DNA of 64,000 nucleotides from Amoebidium appalachense (Eukaryota; Protista; Ichthyosporea): NCBI GenBank assembly GCA_963693365.1, contig CAVNZM010000004.1, positions 4,271,447 to 4,335,446 of the forward strand, read 5' to 3'. Shown piece by piece: positions 59,527 to 64,000 of this stretch (position 1 is its first letter; each line of letters starts with the position of its first letter). The notes under the pieces were generated by a model. It saw only the letters and a program-made list of their open reading frames with translations, ran no database searches and was not told where the DNA came from. The position numbers and the translations under genes were made by a program.

Positions 59527-60141
59527 TTAATCCTCGTACTTCTCCTGCCGATGCCGCATACGGCGAGGGGCGCCACGGTGCACGCCTGCGTGCTGGCCAC
59601 TAGTGGCAGGGGGGGCAAAAGACTTTGCCGAGGGTTTCAACCAATAAGCATAAGGGTTAGTCGACAGAATTTCACGTCCGATGTATGCCATCTGGACGGC
59701 ATTCCACCGTTCCTCGTCACCAGCGTCGTCATCGACCTCATAGTAATCTTCATTCCCAGAAGACCCAATTTCATCACAGGAGCCGTAGACCTCCTCCCCG
59801 GTATGGGCCAAAGTCGAACCGTATCTGTCCCTGCATGCACCCGTCCCACGCTGTTCGGCGCAAAAATCACAACCTACAGGAAACTTGTAGCAAAAGTTTG
59901 CCCATGCAAACCCAAGGTATCTCAACCCTTGTGGAAGGTTGCTCATCGCACTCGCGGAATTGTATTTGGTATTGTAAACGCAGTCATTGTATCCTCCCAC
60001 AAACCAGGAGCAGTCCCCATGCACCTTCGGGTCGCATGCGTAGCACCTGACCAGGTTGTCGTCACAGTTAGCCATGGCGCTGCCGGTCAGTAGCGCGGCA
60101 ACAATCGCCGTGGCCGCAACCACACTTTTCAGGCACATCAT
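59527..60141 (-). CDS. Secreted cysteine-rich protein of unknown function, uninterrupted CDS, 204 aa
   Basis: Signal-peptide-like N-terminus (MMCLKSVVAATAIVAALLTGSAMA), 10 Cys in the next ~100 aa, an acidic linker and a basic tail; normal coding composition; minus-strand TATAAA near 60372-60377. Confidence 0.75.
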   Translation of the reverse strand: MMCLKSVVAATAIVAALLTGSAMANCDDNLVRCYACDPKVHGDCSWFVGGYNDCVYNTKYNSASAMSNLPQGLRYLGFAWANFCYKFPVGCDFCAEQRGTGACRDRYGSTLAHTGEEVYGSCDEIGSSGNEDYYEVDDDAGDEERWNAVQMAYIGREILSTNPYAYWLKPSAKSFAPPATSGQHAGVHRGAPRRMRHRQEKYED

Positions 60142-60583
60142 TGTGCCTCTGTCAGAGTACCCAGGATGCTAACTCGCAATTGATGATAATAAAACGTCGT
60201 CACATGTACGTACAGTATCGAAGGCTGTGACAAATTTATTGTGGAAAGGAATGTTCAAAGCAAAACAAACCATTGAACGCGTTGCTCAGTGATGTTAGGA
60301 CTACAATGCCCCGCCTCCACCTGAATGGGACTCGGAGTGTCGTGTCACGTGTGTGCCGCGGCGGGGCAGGCTTTATAGAGGGCATCCCCCTCGACTCGAA
60401 AATGATAGTCACTGGCATGAACTCTCCGGCAAATTCAATACGTGTGGCAACCCATGGCTAGCAGTGACATGACAAGTATAGCATCATCCAAACGGTATGG
60501 ATTGTGTGGATGAAAATGTTTTCATGACTGGCCACGGCTGCATGGGTGACTAAGATGTACCGATGAAAGCATAACTTTTTTCT

Positions 60584-60636
<53 letters not shown>

Positions 60637-62130
60637 AGTAATACACCTATCTAGAACTAATAACGTGGTTATTTAGCTGTTCAACTATAGGTGAAACGTT
60701 ATATCTACACCGTGACTTCTATAACTCTGCGAAAGATATGTAACCACTGGCTTATATATAATATATCAATAGTGCTGCTTTGTACTTGCAGCCTACACAA
60801 TTACCGATAAGTAACAATATATGTACCTACCCTGATAAGTTTAGGGAGTTTTAACAATGAACCCGACTGTGCATACCAATCAACCTCATTGGAGTTCCAC
60901 ATTCCATCTGAAATTCATTCAAATGCTCCGGTCGTTTTGCCGCCAGAACTGCCCCCCAAAGGGGCCCCAACCCCTGTTCCTTTCTCCTCTCTCTTCCTGC
61001 GGCCCTCTCCCCTACTATATCATCTCTGAACCATACCTTTCGATGCTTTCATGACCATCTGCTTTGTTCATTTCGTAGGTTATGACTGGCCACCTGACAC
61101 CTGGGGGACCACGCTGACTCACGAAATTCCTTGATTAAATCCCCATTGACTCCACAGTGATCACAAGTGACAAGAACAAGTCAACAGTTCGGAAGAGCCT
61201 CGACCGTAACAGCAGGTGCTTTTGTTATTTTTTCAAATGGTAGCCGAGTGTTACAGATCATTAGCAAGGTGGAAGAGGAGTTGCACGACGAGGAGCACGT
61301 AGGAGGCTGAAACCAGGGCTGTCAAGTAGCGTGGGAACTCACGAGAGCCAATCACTGCGACAGCCTAAGTTTGCATTGTAGCCTCAGGGTTCAGAATTAT
61401 GTATATACCGCCGATAAACTTCACTATTTTTTTGTAATTCTGTTCATGCTGACTCTCTCTGAGACTGTCTTCCGATTGTTAAAGGCTACCAAAACAAAAC
61501 ACCAATTCGAAGATTATCACATTAGTAATTAATACTACTACGGAACACAAATCTATGTAGAAACATGGTTGAAATACATCTACGGGCACGCTAGCGGTTT
61601 AAATTAGCTCATGAACCTTGAGGTCCGTGAGTCTGGCATCTGGCATAACACGGGGTGACATACCTAACTCCTTATTACGGGGCTACTTGTAATTGTCGGT
61701 CTCCCGGTAGTAAGGTCGTTTGAGATTCGTGTAGGTATATCGGATATTCCGAAGGCCACACCACCGTGACCCGGCGTGTGCCTATTATGCCCATAAGAGA
61801 AATGCTAGTAAAAGCACCCCTCCTCCTCCCCCGGCCCCCCCCACAACCCACCCCCACCCACCCCACTGCTTTCTAAACGTTTTCATTTCCCTTTTTTAGG
61901 GGGGTTGGGGTGGGGGGGAGGGGGGGGAAAGGGGAAGGGGGGGGGGGGGGGGGGGGGGGGGAGGGGGGGGACAGCATTACCTAAGTTAAATAAGGAACTT
62001 CCCGGGAGAGCGGATCTTGCTTTTTGGCCCACGGTGATTTTCTGTTTCCCTTTTTCTTTCTTTCAGTTTCTTCAAAGTTTCTTTCTTTCTTTCTTTCTTT
62101 CTTTCTTTTTTTTTTTTTTCCTTTTTTTTT

Positions 62131-62187
<57 letters not shown>

Positions 62188-62342
62188 GATGGAGGGAGGG
62201 AGAAGGGGGGTAACTGTTGTGTGTACACCATGTGTACAGTGTGTGCGCGTGACGTGTGTGTAGGGGGGGGGGGGGGGGGGTATGTGTGTGCGTGTGTGTA
62301 TGCTTACATAATGATCCCCTTGTGTGTATGTGTGCACACACA

Positions 62343-62378
<36 letters not shown>

Positions 62379-62391
62379 GTGTGTGTGTGTG

Positions 62392-62432
<41 letters not shown>

Positions 62433-62443
62433 ACGCTGTGTGT

Positions 62444-62479
<36 letters not shown>

Positions 62480-62759
62480 ATATGTCACCGCCACCACCAC
62501 CACGATATCCGTTTTTTTAGATTACGTTTGGTAACCCGTAAAGCCGTTTTTCTTGCTCAAATTCAAATTCATTTTTTCCTTTTTCATTTCATTATCTTTT
62601 TTGTGAAGTTTTCGTTTTCTTTTTGTTTTAATTTTTCCTTTTCCGTTTTCATCTTTTCATGATTTCATTTTCATTTTTTTCCCCTTCATTTCCATTTTTT
62701 CCAATTTTCATTTTCATTTTTTTCGTTTTCATTTTCATATTTTCATGCTTCCCCGCCAG

Positions 62760-62954
62760 TTTGTCGCCACACTGCGGGGGCTGTGCGGACATTCCTCTCG
62801 TCTACGAGGCCGACGGAAGTGTTAAGCCCAGCCATGCCCTTTTCATCAACACACGACACAAGGCAAGAAACAAGGCAGAACGTGCACGTGTTGCTAAGGC
62901 CGGGGGTTACTTCAGAGACGACAGAGTGAATGGCGTGCTGGAACCTACCAGAAG
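62760..62954 (+). pseudogene. Duplicated PP2C exon (copy of 55487-55680) with +1 insertion
   Basis: 195 vs 194 nt; GCCAACTGCGGAGAC became GCCACACTGCGGGGGC (NCGD lost); the rest is near-identical including the donor; the terminal exon is not found downstream within the window. Confidence 0.78.
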
Positions 62955-63552
62955 GTAGTGTCCTACCAGCATAGTGTGATGGGGATATGGGGGTGGAGTG
63001 TGATGTGGTTGATTTGTTGTAGTGTCTTGTGTACGTGCGTGTGTGTACGTGTCAGCCGGTGATGGTGTTTGGTTGTGAATCAGGAACGAGAGGTGGTGCG
63101 GATGTGGACCTTGTTTCTTTCGTTTTCTTTCCTTTTTTCTTTTTTTTTGTGGTGGTGGTGGTGGTGGTGGTGGTGGTGGTGTTGGGGGAATGGAGGGGTG
63201 GGGGGGGGGGGAGGGGGGGGGGAGGAGGGGGGGGGGGTTTGGGGGGGGGAGGGGGGAGGGTGTTTGTGTGTGTGTGTGGGGGGGGGGGGGGGAGGGGGGG
63301 GGAAGGGGGGGGGGGGGGAGGAGGAGGGGGGGGGGGAAGAAGGGTGGAATGCAGCCGTACGTGTAGGTGTGTGTGCACGCGTATGTACAAGCAGTCGGCT
63401 CTTTTTTTTTCTCCCGTCGGAGGAGGTGTGTGTTTCAGAAGGGAGAGGGGAGCTGGGGGGGGGGGGGGGGGGGGAGGGGGGGAGGAGGGAGTGTGTGTTG
63501 TGCGTGTGTGTACATGTACAAATGGTCGGCATCCCTTTTTCCTCCCTCTTGA

Positions 63553-63637
<85 letters not shown>

Positions 63638-64000
63638 GGTGCATGCGTGCACATGTGTGTGTGTGACAAGTTCTCTGCAATAGCAGAGTCATCACAAACT
63701 CAGAATTATCCTGCCGTTCATGATCAGCGGCAGATACCCACCCATAAGCATTATTTTGCTAATAAAGATTTATTCGGATATATTCAGCTTTTACAGTCTT
63801 CTTCTGCTTGGAGCAAGGCTATTCTCTGCTTCCGCAAGCAGAGAATACCAATAAATTTTCTGCTCGGAGCAAATTGGATTTTGCTCATATACGGTTGGGC
63901 CCTTACGTATACGCTGGAGTGGGTCACATGAATTTTGTGGGCCGGTGCACGTGGGTCGTGCAACACACTATATGTGTTGTTACTTTCTGTACGGGCATTA

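Overview
Eukaryotic nuclear DNA, inferred from gene content to be a unicellular opisthokont (ichthyosporean-like). Almost all listed ORFs are artefacts of poly-G/C, (CA/TG)n and (GA)n tracts filling 0.5-2 kb introns. Manual splicing gives five intron-containing genes: WASHC4/SWIP (-, 23 exons, runs off the left edge), a Con7-like C2H2 zinc-finger gene (-), a beta-arrestin-like gene (-), COX16 (+) and a PP2C phosphatase (+). There is also a secreted Cys-rich orphan with an uninterrupted CDS (-). An apparently intact two-ORF LINE (APE+RT) has a (CA)n 3'UTR, A50 tail and 8-bp TSD. Also present are several MITEs and a rearranged partial duplicate of the PP2C locus. The most unusual signals are (i) an apparent splicing code, with poly-C just after weak donors and (CA)n, C or A runs rather than U-rich tracts before acceptors, and (ii) a ~120-bp intronic repeat family that sits between C-tracts in the same orientation relative to host transcription. 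All family assignments come from recalled motifs, not database searches.
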